DNA from: Laetmonice hystrix
Taxonomy: Eukaryota
NCBI GenBank assembly: GCA_965235115.1
Contig: OZ249450.1
Location: 1,984,001 to 2,048,000, forward strand
DNA: 64,000 nucleotides
Reading direction: 5' to 3'
A program made the translations under genes and the position numbers. The notes below the pieces were generated by a model that saw only the letters and a list, made by a program, of their open reading frames with translations, was not told where the DNA came from and ran no database searches. Positions 12,669 through 25,574 of this stretch are shown in pieces. Positions within the stretch are counted from its first letter, which is position 1, and every line of letters begins with the position of its first letter.

Positions 12669-12845
12669 CTTTACAGACGGGGGGTGTTCCACTCCAGCCG
12701 CCGTCGACCGAACACGTCCGTATCCGCACTCCCCTCAGATAGAAACCCGCCACGCAGCCGTGCTCGGCCGCCGAGCCGAACGCACTTCCGGTCGGTAACT
12801 CGATCCAGCCATTCTCTAGTCGTGGAGGCCGGACACACATGACGA
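12669..12845 (-). CDS. Exon: Sushi/CCP domain 1
   Basis: C..PPRLENG...C..GFYLRG...RTC..DGGWSGTPPVC, four-Cys CCP pattern. Acceptor ctttttacAG, donor G|GTAAGG. 177 nt, phase 1-1. Confidence 0.95.
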
Positions 12846-13766
12846 CTGTAAAAAGTGAAATATTGAAACGATCGGTCACATCCGAAACGGGTATTTGTTA
12901 ACGGGACTGCATCATGCCGCGGCAGTAACCGTGATAAAATAGTGGGTTATAAATGGAACTTCTGGAAAATGATACAATCTTCAGCGTTCATAAAACGTGA
13001 AAGCGGAGAACCAGATTGTAAAATACATGTATTCGATCATACTTTTCCAATTACGGCAATATTTTGTTTGAAATCTCACTTACTGGCACAATATGGCACA
13101 GCGCCACTCCATTTACCGGACCCATCGCAGTTCCTCGACACGTCACCTCGCAAACGGTAACCATGACGACAAGAATACGTCACGTTCTTTCCATATGTAA
13201 AATCGAAATTCTCGGCGTACCCATTTTCTGGCGCGCCTGGATCTCCACATGATATGACTGCAACATAATGCGAGACCTTTCTTTATGACCTCTGTCCTGC
13301 GTACGCAGACCGGGAAGGGTTTTCTATGGCGTGGGGAGGTGGACTGGGGGGCATTCTCGCCTCTCTTTAGGTTCCCAAATGATAGGCATATTCTTTAGGT
13401 TTATTATATGGTTTTAGATCACTGCGCCCAGAACCCCAAACGTTGCTAGTAGGATACGGCAACATGAGGGAAAGGGCATAAAAAGGCCATTATTCCCATA
13501 AAGGGCAGAAACAGTTTGGATTGATATTGCCGCTGAAACCTCTGCGTGGGGGCCGCACCACCTCTGCTTCCTGGCACTTTTGGGACGGGCGGTCGCCCAC
13601 TGACCTTCCATTCCAGTGCCCCTCCTGCTACACGCGATTCTCAGCGTTCGCCTGCCAATCTCCGTTTCCCCCCAAGTGTTCCGTGTGAAATCTGACTCCC
13701 GGAATCGTATTCAGACACATTCAGACATGATAAAAGGCTGTGCCAAACACGATTGATAAATCTTAC

Positions 13767-14023
13767 CTTTGTCACAGCAAGCTCCGTTGAACCCGGGTGG
13801 ACACAGGCAGTTTTTCTCCCCCAGGGTCGCACCGTTCTCACAGCGTCTGTTACACGCCCGAGTCCGGAGTTTAGATCCCGGACAGCCGTGCTTCCTGAGC
13901 CACGCCGAACACTCGCTAGAGGGCGTCACGTTTCGGTAGCTGTGCTGGAGCCCGGATGAGCCGCACGTGACACTGCATGGTGACCACGGCCCGAAGTGAC
14001 CCCAGCAGGTGGCTGGGCACACC
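13767..14023 (-). CDS. Exon: thrombospondin type-1 repeat plus EGF-like module
   Basis: WGHFGPWSPCSVTCG...RTRAC is the TSP1 signature, followed by CENGATL...CLCPPGFNGACC (EGF-like). Acceptor tttacattAG after a U-rich tract, donor G|GTAAGA. 257 nt, phase 2-1. Confidence 0.93.
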
Positions 14024-14185
14024 CTAATGTAAAAAAAAAGAAAAAAAAAGAAAAGAAAATCAGAGACACTCCCGGCAGGAGGCAATAACTACATTAGGGC
14101 TCCCGTCTACCGGGATAAACCATCAGCCGGTCAAGGGGGACACGAGGTGTGCACATACGGTTCAACTCATCCTGAAAAAGGAGTC

Positions 14186-14963
14186 ATCACTTGGCCAGAT
14201 GTAGTTCCCTGTTTGAGGCCTTCATGAGATATTTAAAGCAGACATTACTTGGCTAGGTGTAGTTCCCTGTTTGAGGCCTTCATGAGATATTTAAAGCAGT
14301 CATCACTTGGCCAGACGTAGTTCCCTGTTTGAGGCCTTCATGAGATATTTAAAGCAGACATTACTTGGCCAGGTGTAGTTCACTGTTTGAGGCCTTCATG
14401 AGATATTTAAAGCAGATATTACTTGGCCAGACGTAGTTCACTGTTTGAGGCCTTCATGAGATATTTACAGCAGACATTACCTGGCCAGATGTAGTTCCCC
14501 GTTTGAGGCCTTCATGAGATATTTAAAGCAGACATTACTTGGCCAGGTGTAGTTCCCCGTTTGAGGCCTTCATGAGATATTTAAAACAGACATTACTTGG
14601 CCAGATGTAGTTCCCTGTTTGAGGCCTTCATGAGATATTTAAAGCAGACATTACTTGGCCAGGTGTAGTTCCCCGTTTGAGGCCTTCATGAGATATTTAA
14701 AACAGACATTACTTGGCCAAATGTAGTTCCCTGTTTGAGGCCTTCATGAGATATTTAAAGCAGACATTACTTGGCCAGGTGTAGTTCCCTGTTTGAGGCC
14801 TTCATGAGATATTTAAAGCAGACATTACTTGGCCAGGTGTAGTTCCCTGTTTGAGGCCTTCATGAGATATTTAAAGCAGACATTACTTGGCCAGGTGTAG
14901 TTCCCTGTTTGAGGCCTTCATGAGATATTTAAAGCAGACAGTACTTGGCCAGGTGTAGTTCCT
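14186..14963. repeat. Minisatellite, 58-bp unit, ~13 copies, containing the exon 3' end and its donor site
   Basis: Period 58 (gacattac at 14763, 14821, 14879). The minus-strand unit includes GGAACTACACCTGGCCAA|GTAATG. Confidence 0.97.
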
Positions 14964-15142
14964 TGTTGTGTGCCCTCGCAGCGTCTCGCCGTTGTTGTTC
15001 TTCCATCTCCCACAGTAGGTTTAAACTGTTGATGCTCCAGCCTCGTTTGACGCGTTTCTTTGCTAACATAGATTTGGCCATGGAGACGCGCAGGAATACG
15101 TCATTCGTCTGCCCCTTGATGACGTCACCGTCAACGACCGTA
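14945..15142 (-). CDS. Exon: pro-region with furin-type site (TVVDGDVIKG...KKRVKRGW...ELHLA)
   Basis: Acceptor gtcattttcAG, 198 nt open in phase 2-2, donor AA|GTACTG. Joins the next exon in frame (AA+G = Lys, then VCPATCW). R-X-K-R is the established proprotein convertase motif. Missed by the ORF track. Confidence 0.8.
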
Positions 15143-15474
15143 CTGAAAATGACAGCAATAATGTTGTGTGTCAGGTTTTCTTTCAGATAACAGACTAAAC
15201 CAGGGAATGATTTGCACGTGTATATACAGGCACTTAATATATGAGAACCAAAATAATGAACCTGTTATTACACTTGATATACAGTAACAATGGTGTTGAA
15301 TTGTTACGGCCATAGATTTCATCCTCCGACCGGGTCGTATATCAGATATATTATATACACGACCTTCCGATTCATTGAGTCATTAACATTATGGAGTTGT
15401 TGCTGAGGGGTTTATATCCTGCCTCGATACATAACTTTTTTATTGATCATATTGGACCAGGATATGTCACTCGG

Positions 15475-15603
15475 CTACATTGCCGTTACAAAATGTGTGA
15501 GATGTTCCACCTCTCTGCTACATTGCCGTTACAAAATGTGTGAGATGTTCCACCTCTCTGCTACATTGCCGTTACAAAATGTGTGAGATGTTCCACCTCT
15601 CGC
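15475..15603. repeat. 43-bp tandem repeat, 3 copies
   Basis: ctacattgccgttacaaaatgtgtgagatgttccacctctctg x3. Confidence 0.9.
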
Positions 15604-16473
15604 AGCTGGACAATTGAAAAGGTAATATTTCCGCAATGAATGCGGCAGCTGGTTGAGCTAGGGCTGATTAATTATTCCGATGATCAGAAAACATCACATT
15701 TCCGATATTCAGATGCCAACGGCTGATTCCTTCTCGCCACACAAGGCTCCATATCCTGATTAATACCCGTAACGGTACAGGTTACTGTCATCTGTACGAG
15801 GGGATTACTACTGACGAGGTAGTGCATTCCCCACTGTTTAAAACATTATCCGGGTATGTAGACCCTATGTCCTGTCGACTACCTCCTTGCCTGACCCACA
15901 ATGAAGTAATATAATAGTAAGCGGTAAGTACGCTGGGGGGGGGGGGGGGGGGTCGTTGTACAGTAATCGAGAAGGCAAAAAATCCAATATTAACAACATA
16001 TAATCCACCTGAGGTTGAACTTTTCAAAGGCCCTTTTTCTGGGGAAGAGTAGGATTGTGTGATTTCAACCTTGAAAATCTGTCCTCCTTAAAGGGAATAG
16101 AAAAGTTCAAACTATCAATATAAGGGTGTTCAGCATGAACAAGCTTGTTCTCACCTACAATTCTGTGATTATATGATCTTTAATAAAGGAATAATCAACC
16201 GAAATGTAGAGACATTCTCCCGCTGGCTTCGTCGGTTTGTTTACCCTATTTGGCCATTATCTCAATCTATTAATAGATATAGCTCCCGCTGTCTCGCGTG
16301 GGAAATAGCGAATGACCCGGGCGGTATTTTTAAAAAGTCGCCGTAGACAATGTTCCACTTATCAGTGTGACCTTGGACACTGTTACTGGTGTTCAAAGGT
16401 ACGTTAGTGAGGAACTTTTGTTGTAGGTCTAATCCGTGACGAATTTCAGAGACTAGAAAGATTTTTTAGAAAC

Positions 16474-16632
16474 GATGGAGTTTGTGATTGGCATCGACTG
16501 TATGGGACGTCAGAAACAATGGAGTTTGTGATTGGCACCGACTGTATGGGACGTCAGAAACAATGGAGTTTGCGATTGGCACCGACTGTATGGGACGTCA
16601 GAAACAATGGAGTTTGCGATTGGCACCGACTT
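16474..16632. repeat. 44-bp tandem repeat, ~3.5 copies
   Basis: atggagtttgtgattggcaccgactgtatgggacgtcagaaaca repeated. Confidence 0.9.
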
Positions 16633-16899
16633 AGTTGCGGAAAAGCCGCAGGGAAATATTCTACAAGGCAGGTGAACCTTTCACTTCAAACTCAAAAAAA
16701 AAATGGATTTAAGACCAGGAACAACTTCAGCAGAAAGAGGCGACGATCAGGGGGGTTTAAGGAGGGTATGGAAAGGGGTGTGGAGACGGGTAGATGACGT
16801 GTGATGTACGAGCCCCGTGTGGGGTGATAAAGTAACCTACCCCACCCTCATTTATCCCTCCGCTTTCCTGGAACTCGCAGGTCTCGCTTGCCCGACAAA

Positions 16900-17025
16900 C
16901 ACCCACCCAGCCTGACCCTCCATACCCGCAAATCAACCAACACACCCACCCTGACCCTCCATACCCGCAAATCAACCAACACACCCAGCCTGGCCCTCCA
17001 TACCCGCAAATCAACCAACACACAC
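16900..17025. repeat. ~40-bp tandem repeat, 3 copies
   Basis: ccctccatacccgcaaatcaaccaacacaccc core repeated. Confidence 0.85.
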
Positions 17026-18323
17026 AGATTAAAGGTTTTCCTTTCACGTCCTTGTATGAAATGAACGGAAACCTGCGCCAGTAATGATACTTGGAGACTA
17101 TTCTCAATCTGTTCAGTACATTTAGTTTCGTAGCAGACCGAGGAAGGGGGTGGGAGTCACTGGCGGATTCAGGGGGGGGGGGGGGTTCAGGGGGTTCGAA
17201 CCCCCTAACATTTTGCAGATAGGCCTACACACATTTTAACTTAATATTATAATTTAGAAGTTTTTTTTCTTTCAGTCGCAAGATAAAAAGCACCTAAAAA
17301 ATTTTTTTATTTGATTTCATGCTATAGCCAAAGGCCCTTTTGCCCTTGGTCACATTGGTCATCGAATAGCTTATTTGTGCTCCAAATTGCATCGGATTGC
17401 AACAAATTACACCTTGAATTTCAAAAACCTTTTGGACAACGGCGATTGTCGCCCGTATACGTTAAGGAAATGTGTAGGCTATAATTAAATAACTGATGAA
17501 ATAATGTTGACAGCTTGATGAGGTTTCAGTTATTTTAATCATTGTATTAATAGAACTGTTATTTTAACGATCTCGGTAAATAATGATCATGAGAAACAAC
17601 ATAATACAAATCGTAATGCGCTTTGCAGTTAGCCATGGATAAAAATGGATTAAACTTAAAGGGAAAGTTAAATAGGATAATGGGTGGGAAGTATGGAAAA
17701 TTAATTCTCTGGTTTGTTGGCCAACAACACGATATTCTTCTTATAAACCTAAATTAGTTACAAATATAATCGTTTTTACTGAGACTAATGACAAAGAAGA
17801 CAAAACAAACTGGGTAAAATACAATCGTCTTTTTCAATTCAGTAGCAATTTATATCGGATTTTGCCTGAAAATTGCGCAAGGAAATATATCAGAAAATGA
17901 AATAATTAGTGGCAACAGTCTACAATTAAGGATTTCAAGTATTATATAAATATATTTTAAGAATGATGATTTTATGCTATTTTGCCTCTTTACCTTCAGT
18001 TTAAGATGTTATGTGTTGACCAGAAAAAGATAACTTTGTAGGGGAGGTACGTCTTTCAGATTGATATTTAATAAGTTTGCTCTGAACGCCTCATAGTTTA
18101 AGCAGAAGAGGAAAGGAGTAAATTAATAATAAAGATAACACTTCCTTAATCTTACAGGTTGGTGTGATGTCCTTGAGGAAGAGTACCAGAATGGGCTGAC
18201 ACGAGCGTGTATTATACATCGAGACAGTATGAGGACACCTGGGTCTGTAGCTGTTTAATAAAGGATGTCAGGTCAGTCCTATATCATGTATACCATACCG
18301 CCGATACCTTACTCTTATTGAGT

Positions 18324-19425
18324 AGAGAGTCGGACAGTGATACTGTCTGACTTGTATGACGTGTTCCGGAGAGTCGGACAGTGATACTGTCTGACTTGTA
18401 TGTTATTGTATGATGTGTTCCAGAGAGTGGGACAGTGATACTGTCTGACTTGTATCATGTGTTCCGGAGAGTCGGACAGTGATACTGTCTGACTTGTATG
18501 TTATTGTATGATGTGTTCCAGAGAGTCGGACAGTGATACTGTCTGACTTGTATGATGTGTTCCGGAGAGTCGGACAGTGATACTGTCTGACTTGTATGTT
18601 ATTGTATGATGTGTTCCGGAGAGTCGGACAGTGATACTGTCTGACTTGTATGTTATTGTATGATGTGTTCCGGAGAGTCGGACAGTGATACTGTCTGACT
18701 TGTATGTTATTGTATGATGTGTTCCGGAGAGTTGGACAGTGATACTGTCTGACTTGTATGTTATTGTATGATGTGTTCCGGAGAGTCGGACAGTGATACT
18801 GTCTGACTTGTATGTTATTGTATGATGTGTTCCGGAGAGTTGGACAGCGATCCTGTCTGACTTGTATGTTATTGTATGATGTGTTCCGGAGAGTTGGACA
18901 GTGATACTGTCTGACTTGTATGTTATTGTATGATGTGTTCCGGAGAGTCGGACAGTGATACTGTCTGACTTGTATGTTATTGTATGATGTGTTCCGGAGA
19001 GTCGGACAGTGATACTGTCTGACTTGTATGACGTGTTCCGGAGAGTCGGACAGTGATACTGTCTGACTTGTATGTTATTGTATGATGTGTTCCGGAGAGT
19101 CGGACAGTGATACTGTCTGACTTGTATGTTATTGTATGATGTGTTCCGGAGAGTCGGACAGTGATACTGTCTGACTTGTATGTTATTGTATGATGTGTTC
19201 CGGAGAGTTGGACAGCGATCCTGTCTGACTTGTATGTTATTGTGTGATGTGTTCCGGAGAGTCGGACAGTGATACTGTCTGACTTGTATGATGTGTTCCA
19301 GAGAGTCGGACAGTGATACTGTCTGACTTGTATGTTATTGTATGATGTGTTCCGGAGAGTTGGACAGTGATACTGTCTGACTTGTATGATGTGTTCCGGA
19401 GAGTCGGACAGTGATACTGTTCGAC
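18324..19425. repeat. Minisatellite with 44- and 54-bp units
   Basis: gagagtcggacagtgatactgtctgacttgtatg[ttattgtatg]atgtgttccg, with internal hairpin gacagt-gat-actgtc. Confidence 0.97.
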
Positions 19426-20002
19426 TTGAGTCCGCCTTATTTGTCAGGACCGTGCGCAGGGGGTGGGGGGTGGGGTGGGGTTCCGGGTTGTCTGTAACAC
19501 CCCCCCCCCCCATCCCAAATCAAGTGCTATGTATAGGGTTTGTATTAAGGTAACTTTTCCAGCATCCCCCGGACCCCCCTAACATGGCTACCCCCAAGTG
19601 TACCCTCTCTCCTCAAATTAATCCTGCGCACGGCCCTGTGGGTGCCCACAGTAGGTCACTTTAACAGGACAGTTGTACATGTAAGGGGGTATAGTGCCAC
19701 GAGGGTGAATGCAATCCGTCTTCAGGTAGGGTAATCTCACGGCAAGGGTTCGACATGGACGTAAACACTGATACGGGTTTACTCTTTGTAAGCAAGATGT
19801 ATTTAAATATTTTTTTGTAGCATACGAATACTGTAGTTCTCATTCCGTCCTAGAGCCTCACCGATCTCCCCTACCATGACATGTCATTTATGGTAAAATC
19901 TCTTTATTGTCATTCACATCATGTAAGTAGGTCGCCTTTACCATGATGTACCACTCCCAAATCAAAGTATATTATATACACAACCGCACATTACCACGAA
20001 TA

Positions 20003-20405
20003 TTGGGCCACCCAATGCTTCCACTGATGGTGTTTGAGAATGCTTCCACCGATGGTGTTTGTGAATGCTTCCACCGATGGTGTTTGAGAATGCTTCCACC
20101 GATGGTGTTTGAGAATGCTTCCACCGATGGTGTTTAAGACTGCTTCCACTGATGGTGTTTGAGAATGCTTCCACCGATGGTGTTTGAGAATGCTTCCACT
20201 GATGGTGTTTGAGAATGCTTCCACCGATGGTGTTTGAGAATGCTTCCACCGATGGTGTTTGAGAATGCTTCCACCGATGGTGTTTGTGAATGCTTCCACT
20301 GATGGTGTTTGAGAATGCTTCCACCGATGGTGTTTGAGAATGCTTCCACCGATGGTGTTTGAGAATGCTTCCACTGATGGTGTTTGAGAATGCTTCCACT
20401 GATGG
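20003..20405. repeat. Minisatellite, 25-bp unit, ~16 copies
   Basis: ccaccgatggtgtttgagaatgctt repeated. Confidence 0.97.
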
Positions 20406-20984
20406 TGATTGATAGAAGCGCCACGATGTCCTCAATGGAGACATCGCCGTGCAAGGCGAGAGAATAGGCCGAGGCGGTTTTTGACGAAACTCAATATCAT
20501 GCCTTGTAAAGCCGACCGTCGATGTCAACTTTATAAAATAGAAATCCAATATTTCTGATTACAGTCTTCATACTCGACTGCCATAGGAGCGCTGCTATCG
20601 TAGTGGCAGTAGAAATAAATTCCTCACGCACAGATCTGTCCAATTGTTTGAGGGTGGCATCAATTCATATTACCTCGCCCTGAGACGATGGCGAGTAGCA
20701 CCAACCAACCAATCTAATTATTTTCACGGCATTTCTTTTTTTTTCAAAGTTTCTCAAACAAAATCTGTCTGTGATTTCTTTTCTGGTATAACTACGTCTG
20801 CTTGGAAACGTATATTTCAGTAATGATAGAGAGGAGGGTCCTCAAAGTATACCTACCCAAGGAGAAAATAACTCGCTCACGGAACCAATCAGTCATTTTG
20901 TTGTGAGATAGTTCTAAGACTGCTATTTTCACACAGATGAGAGAAAACTAAGAGAAGGGAGAGTTAGACGTCACAATGCTTATA

Positions 20985-21370
20985 GGGAGCGTAAGTCTCG
21001 CGACCGAAAACGAGGTTCGGTCTAACTGGGTCAGACCGCTGGCGACATGCAACTTCCGTTACGTCACAATCCCCCACTGGTTTAACATAGGGCGAGCGTA
21101 CACCTCTCCAAACATCGGCCTTTCTTTTGACAATTAAATATTTCTTAAGTATAAAATGTATTTTTTCTGACATAAGAGATGTTGGTTCTGATGTATAGTC
21201 AGTTTGATAACAAAGAGAACAGTATTTTTGGAGTTATCAGTTAGAACGTTTTTTCAATGGGCCTCCCAATGCTAAATGAACGGAACCGGAATTTGGCTGG
21301 CGCCAGTTTAGGCCACCAAACCGCATTTCTCGTCGATTCACGCATTGTGACGTGACATACTTACGCTCCC
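20985..21370. mobile_element. MITE with TA target duplication
   Basis: TA|gggagcgtaagt ... acttacgctccc|TA. Confidence 0.8.
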
Positions 21371-21528
21371 TACACCTCCGAGAATAACTTCCTTTGTGGA
21401 TGTCCTTGGGAAGGCGAGAGGTGTGCCAACCCTCTGAGAGGATAATGAACTTAATGTCATTTCTTGTTAATCTTGGCGGAGCTGGCCATGCAGCACGTCA
21501 GGGGTGGCTGTACCGTGGATCACATTAA

Positions 21529-22056
21529 AGGGGCATGCTATGGAACACGTTTTTGATGATTTCCGGCAATTATCCAACATGACCGTGTACTAGGGATCCA
21601 AGTAAATAATCCTACCACAGCATTTTGTCCTCCGACTTGTTTTCGCTGCGTATGCAGCACAAATAGGTTCTATACGACCAAACCTATAGACTTCTCCCGA
21701 TAGCACATCTCCCGCCATAATTTGGTAGACAACCCCTTATCAACCCGTGTAATTGCATACTGTGTCACATCCTGCGTGTGCACTCTCTGCATGTGCTTAG
21801 TCACGTGCTTCGCTTAGTTGTAAACAATTCATCAGTTGCACTCGATCGTCTGGCATCAGTATGCCACCCAAAAAATATTTTACGAAATCGGCAGAGAAGC
21901 GGGCAAGGGAGCTTCATAAACTTCGATTTCTCACGCAAAATGAAACTGATAAGTCTGTCTTTGTTTACCAAGCAATTGTAATGAAGGATGTCTTTATGAA
22001 AACAGTACAAGTTCTTTAGAATACAGATTTGTCACATTTCCTCATAATATGCCCCT
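21529..22056. mobile_element. Kolobok-like non-autonomous element, copy 1
   Basis: TTAA|aggggcat ... atgcccct|TTAA. TTAA TSD with RR..YY termini is the established Kolobok pattern. A second full-length copy lies at 51480. Confidence 0.85.
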
Positions 22057-22842
22057 TTAAGGCAGGGATGGGTGCCTGTCCTTCCCCCATTGTAACATCC
22101 CCACACAATGTGAGGTTAGGCGGTAAGTGTATTGACCAGGTATAGGTGTACCTTTTTTCTAGGAGGTCAAGGGACCAGGGGGCTGTTTCACTAAGCGCGT
22201 CCGACCGTCCGACCGGCGACGGACCAAAAATAACAACCAAATGACAAACTGTCCGTCGCCAGTCGGCGTTTTCCAATGAGTTGCCATAGGATCACTAATT
22301 TTGATGGGGGAACTAAAATCGCGCGACACCTGCGCGCTTATTGACCACCCCCCCCCCCCCCGACAAGGGGTTGGGGTTAGATTTGAGGCTGGGAATAATG
22401 ATAGATATTTACCCCCCCCCCCCCCAGTTTTCACGTAGAAGTTGCCATGGGGACGTACCAGTGTTGACCTCATTGCCTCCCAGAAGGTCATCCATTATCC
22501 TTTCCTCCGTGAACTTTTCTTGAAGTCTGTGTTTCATCGATGAAGAGGGGCATTCAGGTGAGAACTCTCGCGTGCACCAGGACGGGACACGCCACCGTCA
22601 GATGGCCAGATCCTCTCCCCGAGTTCTCTAACCCTGTTACTCGATGTGTAAGCACACGGCGTTAAGAGGAGCACTCAGTCTATTAGGCGCCAATTCCGTG
22701 GATGCCTGTCCGTATCACCAATCTATCCTCGATAATTATATTGGTGGATGTACGTCTCCTCAGTCTCCACCGACCTGAGTATGCACCAACTCGTATAAGT
22801 CCTCATAACTCTAATCTCATCATGGCAAACTTTCAAGGCCTG

Positions 22843-23086
22843 GGCCCGGTTTTTTGCTTTACCTTTCCACCGTGAGCAAGGCTGAGCTGAGCTGAGCAAG
22901 GGTGAGCAGGAGCTCATGCTCACTGTTTTGCTCACCGTTTTCGTTTTTTTCCGCGAGCTTGCTCACCATGAGCACGAAAAATGAACCCTAAAAAACACGA
23001 AAACGATGAGAATGAGCTCATGCTCACCCTTGCTCAGCTCAGCTCACCCTTGCTCACGGTGGAAAAGTAAACCCAAAAACCGGGCC
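22843..23086. mobile_element. Harbinger-like MITE with gctca/tgagc subterminal repeats, short copy
   Basis: CTG|ggcccggttttt ... aaaaaccgggcc|CAG. Related to the 700-bp copy at 55631. Confidence 0.85.
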
Positions 23087-23999
23087 CAGGTTTCTCAAAC
23101 TTAAGTTCTCGCTTAAACTTAAACTTAATGCTGAGAGAACGGCTGGTCTTCTTCTGATCGGCTAGTCATAGCAAACCAGGCAACCAGACACGTTTAACTT
23201 CAGTTTGAGCAAGGACTTGAGTTTTGACAAACCGTAGGCTGTATTGAGAGCGTCAGATGTAGTTTCTAGTCTGTTCAGTCTACGAAAGGATTCTACAGTT
23301 GTTATTTCATGTTGTGCCGTGTGGATGATGAAGCACCATATACGGGTTGTTTATGATAGCCAAAAGGATCTCAAACGCCCATGTTTATTGGCCAGCAGTG
23401 ATGCCCTCTGGCGGACGTTTACTGCCCTAAATCAAGGCCAAGGGCCCAATAACTTCACTCTCTGCCCCTGCGCCCGCACGGTGACAGTATTTACTCATCC
23501 ATTCGTTTTTTTGGAGGGTGAAATATGGCGTGGTCTGGTGGTTTCATGCCCTGTCGGCAATAGTTACTGTTGGTCATCTCGGGGCAGGGCGGGAACAAAT
23601 AATTTGTTCAGTCCCGTGATGATGATGAGATAACACAAGAGAAACACGGACAAGAGAAAGTCTCAGTCCTAGACGTGGCCACCCTTACAGGGATTTTATC
23701 AAATACAACAAAATGGCCCTGTTAAATGACCCTTGTATACTTTGAACGCCGTGTTGGCCCGCGCTGTTGTGTACATCCGCACAGAACATAGTTCCCCACA
23801 TCAATTCCCGGAAAATGAATTGTAGGCGCAGCTACGACTAGGCCGCATAGTAAATAATATTATGTGCATTATTTAAAACAGCTAAATCATATTTTTAGTG
23901 TGATATCAATAGGTCCTTATAGGTGAGCGGAGTAGGTTATGAAACCGACTTGGGTCGGATATCCAGGGGGCGCCACCCTCTTCAACATGTATACACTGG

Positions 24000-24935
24000 T
24001 CCTTTAATGTGCATGGTTTCCACTAAATCCTCGTGCAATACATAATCTATTTCTAAGGTGATTTTGCCCATTTGCACATGCGCAGTACATAGAAATAACA
24101 TGGCGGAAAGGCGAAAACGGGCCCAACGAGTGTTGCAGCAAATAATCATGTATTCGTACAGATAAAGACTCACGCGACCACTCGTTACTTGACGACGGGT
24201 ATATGTACCTCCGACACGTCCATCAAGGGCAAGGTCAAGGCCACAGACAATTGACTGTCATCAGGAGGTGCTGATATATCCTACACCCTGATTTCTAATA
24301 AATATGGCTCATATAAGCTGTCAACGTTCGCTACCTTCCGAATCGCTCAACGCAACATCTGTATCAGTTTTTAGTTCCTCCCAAACTGGAGAGCAGTCGT
24401 GCTGTAATTGGTCAGACACTGTGACGTCAAACTAGCAGCGGCATCCACACGCTGAGCAGGCTCTGGCACTAAAATGCTTATATCTTAACTATTTGAGCAC
24501 CAATTGTGTTCAAATCGTTTCCAACTTGCTTAGAATGTCACGGCATGTGTGCATGGCCTGTACAAACTGGCGCCAGTCTTTTCTTTTAAGGATGTGGCAG
24601 AGCACATTGGGAATTTATCAAATGCGACGGTTCGTTCGGTTTCAATGCCTATTTCAAACCACTGTCGTGATTTCTACATACAATGAAATGTCCCTGTTAA
24701 TGTGCATAGCTTTCCCGAAATCCTCGTGCATTACATAATCTATTTCTAAGGTGATTTTCCACAGTTGCACATGCGCAGTACATAGAAACAACATGGCGGA
24801 CAAGCGAGAACGGACCCAGATAGCTCGATTCGTTAACTAAACCGGCTATAATATTACAGAATGTGCGCACCATTTCCTAAATTGTGCGCAACATTCTAAC
24901 GGGTGTTGCGACAAATTCATGTATTCGTACAGAAA
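24000..24935 (+). repeat. Two diverged direct copies of a ~170-bp segment (24000-24165 and ~24690-24935)
   Basis: Both share aaatcctcgtgca.tacataatctatttctaaggtgatttt...gcacatgcgcagtacatagaaa.aacatggcgga and catgtattcgtacaga. Confidence 0.85.
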
Positions 24936-25574
24936 GGAATCGCTGCCGTTTCTTTGTTTGAACAGATTTGAATATTTCTGTACGAGTCGTCCATCGACCC
25001 GAAAAAGTCCATTGGGAAGAGAAATTGGTTAGGCTGAGTCGAAGTGTTCATGCTTCGCTGGTATGATCTCATCTTCATCACCGGACAACAAAAATAAATA
25101 TGGGAAAGGAATTTCCCCTTCCTGAAGATGGTCAGCCGACAGGACGTAAAACCATCAATCCACCAACGCCCACGGAAGGTTCTTCACTTGCACATGTTGC
25201 CTCCCCACAGAAGGTTCTTTCCTTGCACATGTTCCCTCCCCCACGGAAGGGTCGTTCACATGGTTGGATGGGATGACAAACCGGAAAGATAATCCAAAGA
25301 TTTGTGCATGTGTCGATGACAAGTGTTAGTATTAGTTATGATTATAGCGCTGTTATAATGGCCCGTACCTGCGGACCCGCCCAGGATTGGCAGGAACTGA
25401 TGAGGTCACGTATCAACCAAATATACGTAAGTGACCCTGAGGCCTAATTTATATTGCCCTCTTCCAGATTTGCACATACTCGCATTTCGGGCGCAAGATA
25501 GCTATCGCGGAAGGAATCCTGTCAGATGATGGCCCCTCGAGGTGATAATATATTATGAGGGACACATGAAGCCT

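Noticed and set aside
18158-18258. Plus-strand exon-like segment GWCDVLEEEYQNGLTRAC...
   Set aside because: Good acceptor, but the nearest upstream exon-like segment has stops in all frames and no homology was recognised.
18324-19425. CRISPR-like look of a repeat with an internal hairpin
   Set aside because: No unique spacers, only a fixed 10-bp optional insert. No cas genes. Eukaryotic context.
20675-20712. Signal-like IGWLVLLAIVSGR with donor GTAATA as first exon of the Sushi gene
   Set aside because: Preceded by an in-frame stop with no ATG, and it ends in phase 1, which is incompatible with the phase-2 acceptor at 15142.
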